Shown: positions 30,447 to 39,869 of the stretch, in pieces
Numbering within the stretch: the first letter of the stretch is position 1
How the letters are laid out: each line of letters starts with the position of its first letter
Origin: Candidatus Poribacteria bacterium
Lineage (GTDB): Bacteria > Poribacteria > WGA-4E > WGA-3G
Assembly: GCA_965205015.1 (NCBI GenBank)
Contig: OZ242029.1
Span: forward strand, 4,544,001-4,608,000
Direction: 5' to 3'
Length of the DNA: 64,000 nt
The notes under the pieces: generated by a model
The model's input: the letters and a program-made list of their open reading frames with translations, nothing else
What the model was told of the DNA's origin: nothing
Database searches by the model: none
Program-made: the position numbers and the translations under genes

Positions 30447-30947
30447 ATGAAAGAACAACTAACACATTTCGACGAAAAAGGCAACACACGAATGGTGGAT
30501 GTCGGTGGTAAAGACGAGACACTCCGCATCGCCATCGCTCATGGGCATATTACTGCGCACCCTGAAACCCTCCGTCTCATCGCTGAACAAGGCATGAAGA
30601 AGGGGGATGTTTTAGAGGTCGCGCGGCTTGCGGGGATCATGGCGGCGAAACGCACCGGTGAACTCATCCCATTGTGCCACCCCCTCGCATTGACCTCAAT
30701 TCGCGTTGAACTCGCTATCGCAGATGATGCACCACAGGTCGAAATTGAAGCAGAAGTTCAGACGGTAGGACGTACAGGCGTGGAAATGGAGGCACTCACT
30801 GCTGTGTCAGTTGCAGCCTTGACTGTTTATGACATGTGTAAGGCAGTAGATAGAGAGATGGTTATCGGTGAAGTCCAGCTTATGAAAAAAACAGGCGGCA
30901 AGAGCGGCGATTTTACAAAGGAGACAGTCGCAGGTTCTAACACGTAG
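30447..30947 (+). CDS. moaC: Cyclic pyranopterin monophosphate synthase
   Basis: [42 protein letters not shown]. Confidence 0.97.
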   Translation: MKEQLTHFDEKGNTRMVDVGGKDETLRIAIAHGHITAHPETLRLIAEQGMKKGDVLEVARLAGIMAAKRTGELIPLCHPLALTSIRVELAIADDAPQVEIEAEVQTVGRTGVEMEALTAVSVAALTVYDMCKAVDREMVIGEVQLMKKTGGKSGDFTKETVAGSNT

Positions 30948-30970
30948 TTCCGTCAACAAGGTATATAATC

Positions 30971-33900
30971 ATGAAGAAAAAAATGCTTCAGATATGCATC
31001 ATAATCCTTGCACTTTGTCTAACGGCTACAACCCCCTTTGCCGCGGATCATGTCCTAATCATTGGTGGTGTTGTTGGTGAAAAATCCTTTTACGACGCGT
31101 TCTGGGGTGCTACCTCTCGGTTCCACCATTTGCTCACTGATGAATACGGCTACACACCCGACCAGATTACTTTTCTCTTTGAGGATACGGGTGATATAGA
31201 CCGAGGTGAGGAAGACGCGTTAGAACTGGTTGACGCAGAATCAAATCGCGAACAGGTCTTAGCTGCATTCGACCAACTCGCCAAGACCGTGCAACCCTCA
31301 GACCGGTTCCTACTGTTTATGCTGGGACACGCTTCCCGTACCGGTAGAGGCAGTGCAAAATTTAATCTACGAGGACGGGACATTACTGAAGTAGAATATG
31401 TGACGCTCATTAATAGCATTCCTGCTGAGAATCAGGTTCTCATCTTCGGTTTCCCCTATAGTGGACGACTTGTGCCGCAACTCAGTGCCCCGGGACGCCT
31501 CATCCTCACCTCAAGTTCACCCAATGAAGGCTATTCGCTACAGGCAGGCTTCGGCGATATCTTTGTTGATGCCTTCTCCACCGCAGATAACGATATAAAC
31601 GGTGATAGAGACATCTCTGTGTTAGAAGCGTTCCTATCGCTACAGACACGGACGAAGGCGTGGTATGAGAACGACGGAACGATTCAGTCCGAACATCCAC
31701 ATCTCGATGATAACGGTGATGGAAATGCGACTCGGAACCTAACGATTGATCCTGAAGTTCCACGTGTAGACGGGGCAGATGATGGCGCACTCGCCGAAAA
31801 GACCTTTTTAGGGAAACGTCGTTCCGCCTTGCCAAGCACCTCACCTCCACCGGAATCTGAGGCTTTAACTGACACGCAAAATCCGCTGCCTCGCAAACCT
31901 CCCCTTTTTACCGATGTGTTGCCCACTGTCCCCTCGGAAACCGATGAACTCGAGCATGAACTGGTAGAGCCGGATAACCCCATCGCCCCGCGCACGCCTG
32001 AGAATCGTTCCTCGGCACTGCCTTACGACTATATCAGCAAGGCAGATGAGAAAATCATCCAAGGAGCCATTGACGCGGCACCCTCTCAAAAGGACTATCC
32101 AGAAGATGGTGCGGTCGTCCTTTGGGAGAGCGTTGATGTAGACATCGATGAAAAGAGTCGTTATATCTATTCTACACGGCGCGTCGTCAAAATCCTGAAT
32201 GAAGATGGTGCAGGTCTCGGCGAAATTAGCATCCCTTATATGCGTGGCAAAGATGATGTCACGATCCATCACGCCCGGACATTTACCCCTGATGGTAGCG
32301 TCGTTGAACTGGATTTGAACAATGTGGTTACGAATATCCCGCCACCGAGTGCTGTGGATGCCGGTTTATACGTCGATGCACGCTTGATGTACTTCACACT
32401 TCCAGAAATCTCCGATGGCTGCATCATAGACTACGCCTATTCCACGAACAATCTTGGACACGTCATGCGGGGTGAGTTTTGGCGTAAGGTCTATTTTCAA
32501 GGCTCACAACCCGTGCAGTACTATCGTTTCACCGTACATATCCCGAAGAAAAAGCAACTTTACTATCAGATTTCAGGCGCGCCGGAGGTTACAGCAGGTT
32601 TACAATCAAGTGCTTCTTTTCTCAATATTGAACCCACAATTACTGAGAATAACTACATCCGCACCTATACCTTTGAAGTGCAAGATGTCCCGCCCTTGAA
32701 AGAAGAATATCTGATGCCTGCTCCGCAAGATCTCGCTTATAGCATTAGCATCTCCTCCATTGATTCTTGGGATAAATTAGTGACGTGGTATGCGACGCTC
32801 ATTCGGGAGCAAGATACCATCACACCCGAAATTACGAAAAAGACCGATCAGATCCTCCGCGGTGCTTGGTCCCGGACGGAAAAAGTGAAACGCCTTTATG
32901 AATACGTCGCGACGAACATCCAGTATCTCGGCTATGAACTCGGAATTTGGGCAATCAAACCGTATCCAGCGGACTTCGTTTTGAAAGTCGGGAAAGGGGA
33001 TTGTAAGGACAAAACGACGCTCCTCTCTACGATGCTTTCATCCGTGGGTATTAATTCCTATCCTGTTCTCATCTCAGCTGGCGATACACGCGGCGTTAAC
33101 GCCCATCTTCCTGATGGTGGTTCGGAGGTCGAGGCGGTCCCTTCACTCGCTTATTTCAATCACATGATTCTTGCTGTTGAAGGAAGCAAAAATGAATTCA
33201 TCTGGCTCGATCCGACAGCAGAGACGTGCGCTTTTGGGGATTTCCCTGCCGGTGACCAAGACAGGTGGGCACTGATCATCAACCCGCGGTTTCTAACAGA
33301 TAGCCGTCAGTCTTCGGAAATCGACGGTTCCCGACAATTGACAGCCGATAGCCCATCAATGGAAAACAGGCTCTATCTCTTTCGGAAGAGTCCTTCCAAA
33401 GAGGCAACATCGAATGTGAAACGCGTTCGGACCCGCGTAGCAGTGAAAAAAGATATGAGTGTCTCTGTTCACCAAGAGTTGACAGTGACAGGGGTTTTTA
33501 ACATGAAACTCAGAAGTCAACTCGCGCACCTTCAGACTTCAGAGGAAAAAGCAGAGTTCTTCCATAAAGCGTTGGAATTGGACGAACGTGCCAAGGTCAC
33601 GGAGGTTGAAGTCTCTGGGCTTTCAAAGTTAGATGGCGAATTGAAGGTCGACGTCACGTGGACATGTCAGGAGTATTTGTACGCTATCGGCAGTCAATTT
33701 GTCCTTGAATTACCGATCGTCAAACACCCCTATGCGGAGTTATTGAGTGAAGAACGCCGGATGTACCCTGCTATTATTGGTAAGGCATTAACGCTTGAGG
33801 ACAAGATCAGTGTCAGCACGGATGCCCCCTTTCGGATTGATACCGTTCCTGAGGAGCAAACGTTGAAGACCGATGTCGCAGAAATACAGATCCGCTATGC

Positions 33901-34045
33901 GCACTCTAAACGCAAAGCCGAGATGCATCAAACGATCCGTTTCCTGACCCCGAGGGTCACACCGGATAACATTTACCATCTCAAAGATGTCGTCAGAATC
34001 GCCTCAAATCGAGGACCGAAACGATTCATATTGACGCAGGATTAG
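30971..34045 (+). CDS. Secreted protein: caspase/C13-like N-domain + DUF3857 + transglutaminase-like + DUF3858-like
   Basis: Signal peptide; LGH, EHPHLDDNGDG; GDCKD/FNHMI/WLDPT catalytic triad. Confidence 0.8.
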   Translation: MKKKMLQICIIILALCLTATTPFAADHVLIIGGVVGEKSFYDAFWGATSRFHHLLTDEYGYTPDQITFLFEDTGDIDRGEEDALELVDAESNREQVLAAFDQLAKTVQPSDRFLLFMLGHASRTGRGSAKFNLRGRDITEVEYVTLINSIPAENQVLIFGFPYSGRLVPQLSAPGRLILTSSSPNEGYSLQAGFGDIFVDAFSTADNDINGDRDISVLEAFLSLQTRTKAWYENDGTIQSEHPHLDDNGDGNATRNLTIDPEVPRVDGADDGALAEKTFLGKRRSALPSTSPPPESEALTDTQNPLPRKPPLFTDVLPTVPSETDELEHELVEPDNPIAPRTPENRSSALPYDYISKADEKIIQGAIDAAPSQKDYPEDGAVVLWESVDVDIDEKSRYIYSTRRVVKILNEDGAGLGEISIPYMRGKDDVTIHHARTFTPDGSVVELDLNNVVTNIPPPSAVDAGLYVDARLMYFTLPEISDGCIIDYAYSTNNLGHVMRGEFWRKVYFQGSQPVQYYRFTVHIPKKKQLYYQISGAPEVTAGLQSSASFLNIEPTITENNYIRTYTFEVQDVPPLKEEYLMPAPQDLAYSISISSIDSWDKLVTWYATLIREQDTITPEITKKTDQILRGAWSRTEKVKRLYEYVATNIQYLGYELGIWAIKPYPADFVLKVGKGDCKDKTTLLSTMLSSVGINSYPVLISAGDTRGVNAHLPDGGSEVEAVPSLAYFNHMILAVEGSKNEFIWLDPTAETCAFGDFPAGDQDRWALIINPRFLTDSRQSSEIDGSRQLTADSPSMENRLYLFRKSPSKEATSNVKRVRTRVAVKKDMSVSVHQELTVTGVFNMKLRSQLAHLQTSEEKAEFFHKALELDERAKVTEVEVSGLSKLDGELKVDVTWTCQEYLYAIGSQFVLELPIVKHPYAELLSEERRMYPAIIGKALTLEDKISVSTDAPFRIDTVPEEQTLKTDVAEIQIRYAHSKRKAEMHQTIRFLTPRVTPDNIYHLKDVVRIASNRGPKRFILTQD

Positions 34046-34133
34046 TTGTCAGTTGTCAGTTGTCAGTTATCAGTTATAAGAGGGCTTTGCTAAACGAAAC
34101 CTCTTACCTGAAGACTGCAGACTGTTAACTGAA
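34044..34133. repeat. Heptamer-flanked ~90 bp inverted element (intergenic copy)
   Basis: (AGTTGTC)n - TAAGAGGG...AACCTCTT - (ACTGNNG/A)n; close relative within lpxK and at 42165-42228. Confidence 0.8.
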
Positions 34134-34283
34134 TAGTAATAAAAGATGCCCAGCAACAGTTATCAGATTTTCCGCTATGGAACCGATTGAAATTTACCGC
34201 ACAGATTCTCAAACCCAGTTGGAATTGATCGAGAACCTGCGCGTAATGTAATGGAGCGCAGTCCAGGAGGCCATAATTAAAAA

Positions 34284-35291
34284 ATGCCAGCAACAGAAGA
34301 AGTTCAAGCAATAGAAGAGTTGATGAAAAGCCAAGAGTTGATTTTAGGGCAACTCAAAAAGGTAATCGTTGGGCAAGAGGAAGTTATCAATCAGATGTTG
34401 ATGGCACTTTTTGCTGGCGGACACTGCTTATTAGAGGGTGTCCCTGGGCTTGCCAAAACTCTCATAATTAGGACATTGGCACAAATTCTGAACCTTAAAT
34501 TTAAGCGGATCCAGTTCACGCCTGATCTCATGCCAGCCGACATCACCGGAACCGATGTCCTCGAGGAAGATCGCACGACCGGGCATCGCACGATCCGATT
34601 TATTCAGGGACCCATTTTCGCTAACATCCTCCTCGCCGATGAAATCAATCGGACACCGCCGAAAACACAAGCCGCACTCTTAGAGGCGATGCAGGAGTAT
34701 CACGTTACTGCCGGGGGAACGGAATTCGCATTGGAACAACCTTTCTTTGTGCTCGCTACACAGAATCCGATCGAGCAAGAAGGAACATATCCACTTCCAG
34801 AGGCGCAGTTAGATCGGTTCATGTTCAAAATCGTCATTGATTATCCGACAGAGACAGAGGAAACGGACATCGTTTCCACAACGACCGGTGCAGATATACC
34901 CGAACTTGACACCCTACTGTCTGGACACGTTATCGTAGCACTCCATGATATTGTGAGACGGGTGCCTGCCGCCGACAACGTCGTGCAATACGCTGTGAAA
35001 ATTGCGCGCGCAACCCGTCCGAAAGAGGAGGACGCACCCGATTTCATCCAGCAATGGGTGCGATGGGGCGCGGGACCCCGTGCGGGGCAGTATCTCATCT
35101 TAGGGGCAAAAGCCCGCGCGATTCTACGAGGTCGCTACAACGCCTCTTGTGAAGACGTGAAATCTGTCGCGCCTTCGGTTCTACGTCATCGCGTCTTAAC
35201 CAATTTCCATGCCGAAGCCGAGGGTGTCGACTCTGACACCGTCATCCAACGCCTACTCGACACAGTGCAGGAACCCGCTGCAAGGTTGTAG
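34284..35291 (+). CDS. MoxR family AAA+ ATPase
   Basis: [63 protein letters not shown]. Confidence 0.95.
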   Translation: MPATEEVQAIEELMKSQELILGQLKKVIVGQEEVINQMLMALFAGGHCLLEGVPGLAKTLIIRTLAQILNLKFKRIQFTPDLMPADITGTDVLEEDRTTGHRTIRFIQGPIFANILLADEINRTPPKTQAALLEAMQEYHVTAGGTEFALEQPFFVLATQNPIEQEGTYPLPEAQLDRFMFKIVIDYPTETEETDIVSTTTGADIPELDTLLSGHVIVALHDIVRRVPAADNVVQYAVKIARATRPKEEDAPDFIQQWVRWGAGPRAGQYLILGAKARAILRGRYNASCEDVKSVAPSVLRHRVLTNFHAEAEGVDSDTVIQRLLDTVQEPAARL

Positions 35292-36014
35292 ATGTCAGCA
35301 GAAAAAATCTCGGTTATCATTCCAGTCCTCAATGAGGAAAACGCCATTGCCAACGTCATCACCGATATTCCGAAGACCGTGCGGACCTTTGACGAAAAAA
35401 TTGAGGCCACAGTCGAGGAAATCATCGTTGTTGACAACGGCTGCACGGACAACACCGCCACAATTGCACACCGGAGCGGGGCAAAGGTGATAACTGAACC
35501 ACGACGGGGGTATGGATCCGCGTGTCTCGCCGGAATTGCGGCACTCACGACGACTGAACCGGACATCGTCGTTTTTCTGGATGGCGACTATAGCGACTAT
35601 CCGACAGATATGTCGTACCTCCTCCATCCGATACTTGAAGGCAAAACCGACTTTGTCATTGGTGCGAGAACCGCGGACAACGCAAGGGACGCGTTGTTAC
35701 CGCAAGCACGCTTCGGCAATTGGCTCGCCTGTTTCTTGATAAAGCACTTCTATGGCGTGCGCTATACAGATTTGGGTCCCTTTCGAGCGATCCGGTATCC
35801 GCAGCTCCTCGCTTTGAACATGCAGGATAAAACTTTCGGATGGACGGTCGAGATGCAACTCAAAGCCGCAAAGCAGGACATCTCTGTGTGTGAAGTTCCT
35901 GTTCGTTATCGGAAGCGGATTGGGGTCTCTAAAATCACTGGCACCTTCACCGGCACCCTCAAAGCCGGCTATAAGATCCTCACAACCCTCATCTACTACC
36001 GCTTTACGGAATGA
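35292..36014 (+). CDS. Glycosyltransferase family 2 (DPM1-like)
   Basis: VIIPVLNEE, VVDNG, GYG.AC, FLDGD, TDLGPFRAI, R.GVSKI. Confidence 0.92.
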   Translation: MSAEKISVIIPVLNEENAIANVITDIPKTVRTFDEKIEATVEEIIVVDNGCTDNTATIAHRSGAKVITEPRRGYGSACLAGIAALTTTEPDIVVFLDGDYSDYPTDMSYLLHPILEGKTDFVIGARTADNARDALLPQARFGNWLACFLIKHFYGVRYTDLGPFRAIRYPQLLALNMQDKTFGWTVEMQLKAAKQDISVCEVPVRYRKRIGVSKITGTFTGTLKAGYKILTTLIYYRFTE

Positions 36015-36015
36015 T

Positions 36016-36996
36016 ATGTTAGCAAAATTTTGGATTATAATTACAGCAGTAATCGTTCTTACTTCACCGGTGGTCGCTGATGAGATAAAGATCGCTAGCT
36101 GGAATATACAACAACTCGGTCAAACTAAGGCGGGGATTAATACGAGTAAGAATGAGAAGACCAAAGCCCGGACTGAATATCATAAGGCTAATGACACCAT
36201 AGGCAAGATAGCAGAAATCATAAAAAAGGGCAAATTTGATGTCGTTGCTATCCAAGAGGTTCAAGATATAGGTTTTAAAACCTTACCAAAACTATTAGAC
36301 ACTTTAGGCGCAAATTGGAAGTATATTGAAAGTGAAAGAACCGGTAGAGAGAAAAAAGAACAATATGCTATATTTTTTAACCCTGTAAAGTTAACACCAA
36401 AAGGCACTATACATCTCCATGATGATATGGAAGATGGTTGGGATCATTTCTCAAGAGACCCTGGATACGCGAGTTTTTCATATCGGGATTTTGAGTTTAT
36501 CATCATTACGTGCCATTTAGATCCTGACACACACGCTGCTTATGAAACAGAGCGTTTGGATGATGTTTATGAAGCCGTGAAACGCAAAACAGGCAATCCA
36601 AATATCTTGGTATTAGGGGATTTCAATTTAGAAGAGGGTCCAGAGGATATAGCATTCCAAGATGAGGGTCTTTTAGATGAGAAAAATTACCCTGAAATGA
36701 AGGCGGTTTTAGAGGCAACTTATGATACAACGGTCGCTGGCGAAAATGATGCAACGACTCTTGATAATATCCTGTTTAATTCTGGCCAATTTGAATTAAA
36801 AGAAAAAGGGGTGTATCGTTTTGATGACGAATTAGGTGAAGGTTATGATAAAGACATCTCCGATCACTACCCTGTGTGGGCTATCTTTGAGATACCGGAT
36901 GTCGAGGCGGCTGATGCCTCTCCATTTGCACCACAAGCCCCTTCTATGACAAAAATTGAACCCTCAACATGGAGCTCTCTCAGAAATCTAAATTAG
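36016..36996 (+). CDS. Secreted DNase I-like endonuclease/exonuclease/phosphatase
   Basis: SWNI, AIQEV, EQYA, FSRDP, CHL, LGDFN, LDNI, ISDHYPV; signal peptide; AT-rich. Confidence 0.88.
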   Translation: MLAKFWIIITAVIVLTSPVVADEIKIASWNIQQLGQTKAGINTSKNEKTKARTEYHKANDTIGKIAEIIKKGKFDVVAIQEVQDIGFKTLPKLLDTLGANWKYIESERTGREKKEQYAIFFNPVKLTPKGTIHLHDDMEDGWDHFSRDPGYASFSYRDFEFIIITCHLDPDTHAAYETERLDDVYEAVKRKTGNPNILVLGDFNLEEGPEDIAFQDEGLLDEKNYPEMKAVLEATYDTTVAGENDATTLDNILFNSGQFELKEKGVYRFDDELGEGYDKDISDHYPVWAIFEIPDVEAADASPFAPQAPSMTKIEPSTWSSLRNLN

Positions 36997-37026
36997 AGTT
37001 TTTTCAACTACAATCTATAGGTATCA

Positions 37027-37380
37027 ATGAACATGGATAACTTGCCTAAACATAACCAAAAACCAACAGAAAAAGGCAGAATCAAACTTATAGATATTGT
37101 CGCGCTCACACAGGATGTCCCAGAGCATAATCTTAAATGTGGAGAAGTCGGCACAATCGTTGAAATCCTTGAAAACGGCGAAGCAGTTGAGGTTGAATTC
37201 AGCAATGACAATGGGCAGATGCATAAGGGGCTGAGTTTCCCCGCATCTCAACTTAAGGTACTTTACCAAGAACCGATATCAGAATCAAAGCAGAAACAAA
37301 AATCCACTTCCAAACACACCAAATCCACCAAATCCGATAAACTCGCGATTCAGGCAATAACCACCAATTCCCACAATTGA
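37027..37380 (+). CDS. DUF4926 domain protein
   Basis: DIVALTQDVPE.NL..GEVGTIVE......EVEFSNDNG; low-complexity tail. Confidence 0.8.
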   Translation: MNMDNLPKHNQKPTEKGRIKLIDIVALTQDVPEHNLKCGEVGTIVEILENGEAVEVEFSNDNGQMHKGLSFPASQLKVLYQEPISESKQKQKSTSKHTKSTKSDKLAIQAITTNSHN

Positions 37381-37417
37381 CCGCCATAATCCTGCAAATC
37401 TTGATTCAGAAGAGGGA

Positions 37418-37442
37418 GTCGGGATTCGGAGATCCCTCCTAC
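37418..37442 (-). repeat. GTAG-REP (intergenic)
   Basis: Reverse complement GTAGGAGGGATCTCCGAATCCCGAC. Confidence 0.75.
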
Positions 37443-37469
37443 CGAAGATAAGCCCCAACCATATTTTCC

Positions 37470-37498
37470 TTGCTTTATTGGCAACGTACTGATATAAT
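37470..37498 (+). promoter_or_regulatory. Sigma70-type promoter
   Basis: TTGCTT-17nt-TATAAT with TGn. Confidence 0.6.
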
Positions 37499-37581
37499 TA
37501 AGGAAAAAGAACACTGCAATTTCCAGTGAACGGTCTCAAAAGAGTCCACGCTTAACCAGAAACCGATAGGGTGATCGTAGT

Positions 37582-38463
37582 ATGGTGACACAAAAAAAAA
37601 TCCCAGAGAGATTCTGGTGCGTTAAAGGGATAGACATCTTCCGAGACCTGACGGAAACAGATGCTGACGCGCTCGCACGGATAACGACTTTCGTCGAGTT
37701 AAAACACGGAGACACACTCTCCGCCGAAGGTGTTTATCTGTTGAAGGAAGGTCGCATCAAAATTCATCAAACACCCCCTGAAGGTGAAGCGATCACCTTA
37801 GATGTGTTGGAAGCTGGCGAATTCTTTGGGGCAGTGCGCTGGGAGGATAACGTTGCAGGTCCCAACGTCACCGCTGAGATATTTACAGAGGTTTCCGTTG
37901 TCGGAGTTGTTAGTGTCCAGAACTTCCAATATTTCTTGAAACGAAAACCGCACTTGGCGATGCCAGCGCAGAGAACTTTAGGAAGTCTTCTAAAGAGGCA
38001 TCTACGGTGGCGTGCGGCGGAATCAGGGAATTACAATCTCGTAACTTCATGTCAGAAACCGCGCAGGGGATTGACGAACCCTTTTCTAAACATTGCGTTC
38101 CGAAGTCCGGCGTCGCGACTCGCGCTTCTGTTACAAAACTGTGCCGACGCACCGGAACACAGGCGCACAGCGATGGGACGTAGTGCACAGTGTGTCTTAC
38201 GTAAACTCTCAACGAAGCGGTTGGCACAACTCATCGGCAGTTCCGTTGAGCAGATGGAAGCACTTCTCAATCAGTTTAAACAGCATCAGATCATCAAGAA
38301 ACGGTTTCGGCGGATTCAGATACTTGACCCGTGGCAACTAAAAAAGATTGCCAACGCAAGAATGAAAACGCTACCCCCTGAAACGATCAAAAGTCAAGAG
38401 AACACCCAAAATTATGAGCAAGAAGAACCCTTATTTGCAGCTCGACCAGCAGATGGTCGGTGA
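37582..38463 (+). CDS. Crp/Fnr family transcriptional regulator (divergent)
   Basis: YLLKEGRIKI...GEFFG cNMP fold; RLA..L, LAQLIGSS.E....L..F C-terminal HTH. Confidence 0.8.
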   Translation: MVTQKKIPERFWCVKGIDIFRDLTETDADALARITTFVELKHGDTLSAEGVYLLKEGRIKIHQTPPEGEAITLDVLEAGEFFGAVRWEDNVAGPNVTAEIFTEVSVVGVVSVQNFQYFLKRKPHLAMPAQRTLGSLLKRHLRWRAAESGNYNLVTSCQKPRRGLTNPFLNIAFRSPASRLALLLQNCADAPEHRRTAMGRSAQCVLRKLSTKRLAQLIGSSVEQMEALLNQFKQHQIIKKRFRRIQILDPWQLKKIANARMKTLPPETIKSQENTQNYEQEEPLFAARPADGR

Positions 38464-39793
38464 CATCTACACTTCACAAGAAGTGATGGAAAATCTGACA
38501 GTCTTATGCGATGAATACGGTGCTCGGTTCGCCGGAACACCTGAGGAATATGACGCCGCAAACTTCATCGCTGCGTGTTTCAAACGTTACGGACTCCAGA
38601 ATGTCAAACTTGAGACATATCCCTACGCTGGCTGGACGCGTGGCACGGCGACACTTGAGGTTCTCGAACCGATTCGTCGAACCCTGCACTGCATCTCGTT
38701 ACCCTACTGCCCCGCTGCCGACATCACCACGGAACTGGTCTCTGTTGGATGTGGAAGCCCTGACGAATACACTGCACTCGGTGGTACGGCTACCGATAAA
38801 CTGGTCATGGCAAAAAGTGCCTCGCCGCCGGATCTCGGAAGATGGGTACATCGCAAGGAGAAGTTTGAACGCGCCGTGCTTGCGGGTGCGAGTGGATTTA
38901 TTTTTGTCAGTGAACATCCTGGTGTAGGTCCCGAAACGGGAAGCCTTCAAAATGACAGACGCGCCCCAATCCCCGGTATATCCGTTTGCAAAGAGGATGG
39001 CGAATTCTTGGCACGGTTGATAGCACGAGGAAACGGGAAAGTAACATTAAAACTCCAGACAACGGACATCAATGAACCGAGGACCTCGTGGAACGTTGTC
39101 GCAGATTTGCCCGGTAATGAAAACGCCGATGAGATGGTGGTTGTGGGGTGTCATTACGATGGACACGATATTTCACAGGGCGCGCACGACCCCGCTTCAG
39201 GCATGGTATCCGTCATAGAAGCCGCTCGTGTGCTATCTGCGTATGCCGCTGATTCGCTCAAGTGCACCATCCGTTTCATCGCTTTCGGAACGGAAGAAAT
39301 CGGACTGACGGGTGCATTTCGTTATGTTGACGCGCACGCGGCGGAGTTGGATAACATTCGGTTTATGCTCAATATGGATGCGGCAGGCGGTGCAAGTCGT
39401 AAGGGCATTGTCCTCCACCACTGGGACGCGTTGGAATCCTTCTTTAGCACTGCATGTGAGCAGATGCACGCTGAAATGCCGGTTGGACAAAAGGTGCATT
39501 CCTACTCCGACCATTTTCCATTTTTTCTTAAGGGTGTACCTTCAAGCCACATGGGGGATCCAGAGGCACCTCCTGGTGGTAGAGGTTTCGGTCATACGGC
39601 TTATGATACACTGGACAAGGTGGAATTGGAGAATCTACGGGCTGCCAGTGCGGTCGGCGCACGAGTCGCCCTCCGCTGTGCGAATGCCGATGATTTTCCT
39701 GCCAAACGCCGGACATCCGAAGCGGTTCAAGAAATCGTTGACACTGACCCAGGGTTAGAGGGGTATCGAATCTCACTTAAACTGACTCGCTAA
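38414..39793 (+). CDS. M28 family metallopeptidase with PA domain
   Basis: GCHYD, GAHD.ASG, GTEEIGL.G, NMD, SDH.PF, HT.YDT.DK. Confidence 0.92.
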   Translation: MSKKNPYLQLDQQMVGDIYTSQEVMENLTVLCDEYGARFAGTPEEYDAANFIAACFKRYGLQNVKLETYPYAGWTRGTATLEVLEPIRRTLHCISLPYCPAADITTELVSVGCGSPDEYTALGGTATDKLVMAKSASPPDLGRWVHRKEKFERAVLAGASGFIFVSEHPGVGPETGSLQNDRRAPIPGISVCKEDGEFLARLIARGNGKVTLKLQTTDINEPRTSWNVVADLPGNENADEMVVVGCHYDGHDISQGAHDPASGMVSVIEAARVLSAYAADSLKCTIRFIAFGTEEIGLTGAFRYVDAHAAELDNIRFMLNMDAAGGASRKGIVLHHWDALESFFSTACEQMHAEMPVGQKVHSYSDHFPFFLKGVPSSHMGDPEAPPGGRGFGHTAYDTLDKVELENLRAASAVGARVALRCANADDFPAKRRTSEAVQEIVDTDPGLEGYRISLKLTR

Positions 39794-39869
39794 GTTAAAG
39801 AATAGCATTGTCCCGCAAGCCCATACGCGGCTTGCGCCGCAGTCGGCTTTCAGCAGCCGGTTCAGATTC

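Noticed and set aside
35890-36015. N-terminal extension of the nuclease ORF
   Set aside because: It overlaps the GT2 gene; the signal peptide begins at ATG 36016.
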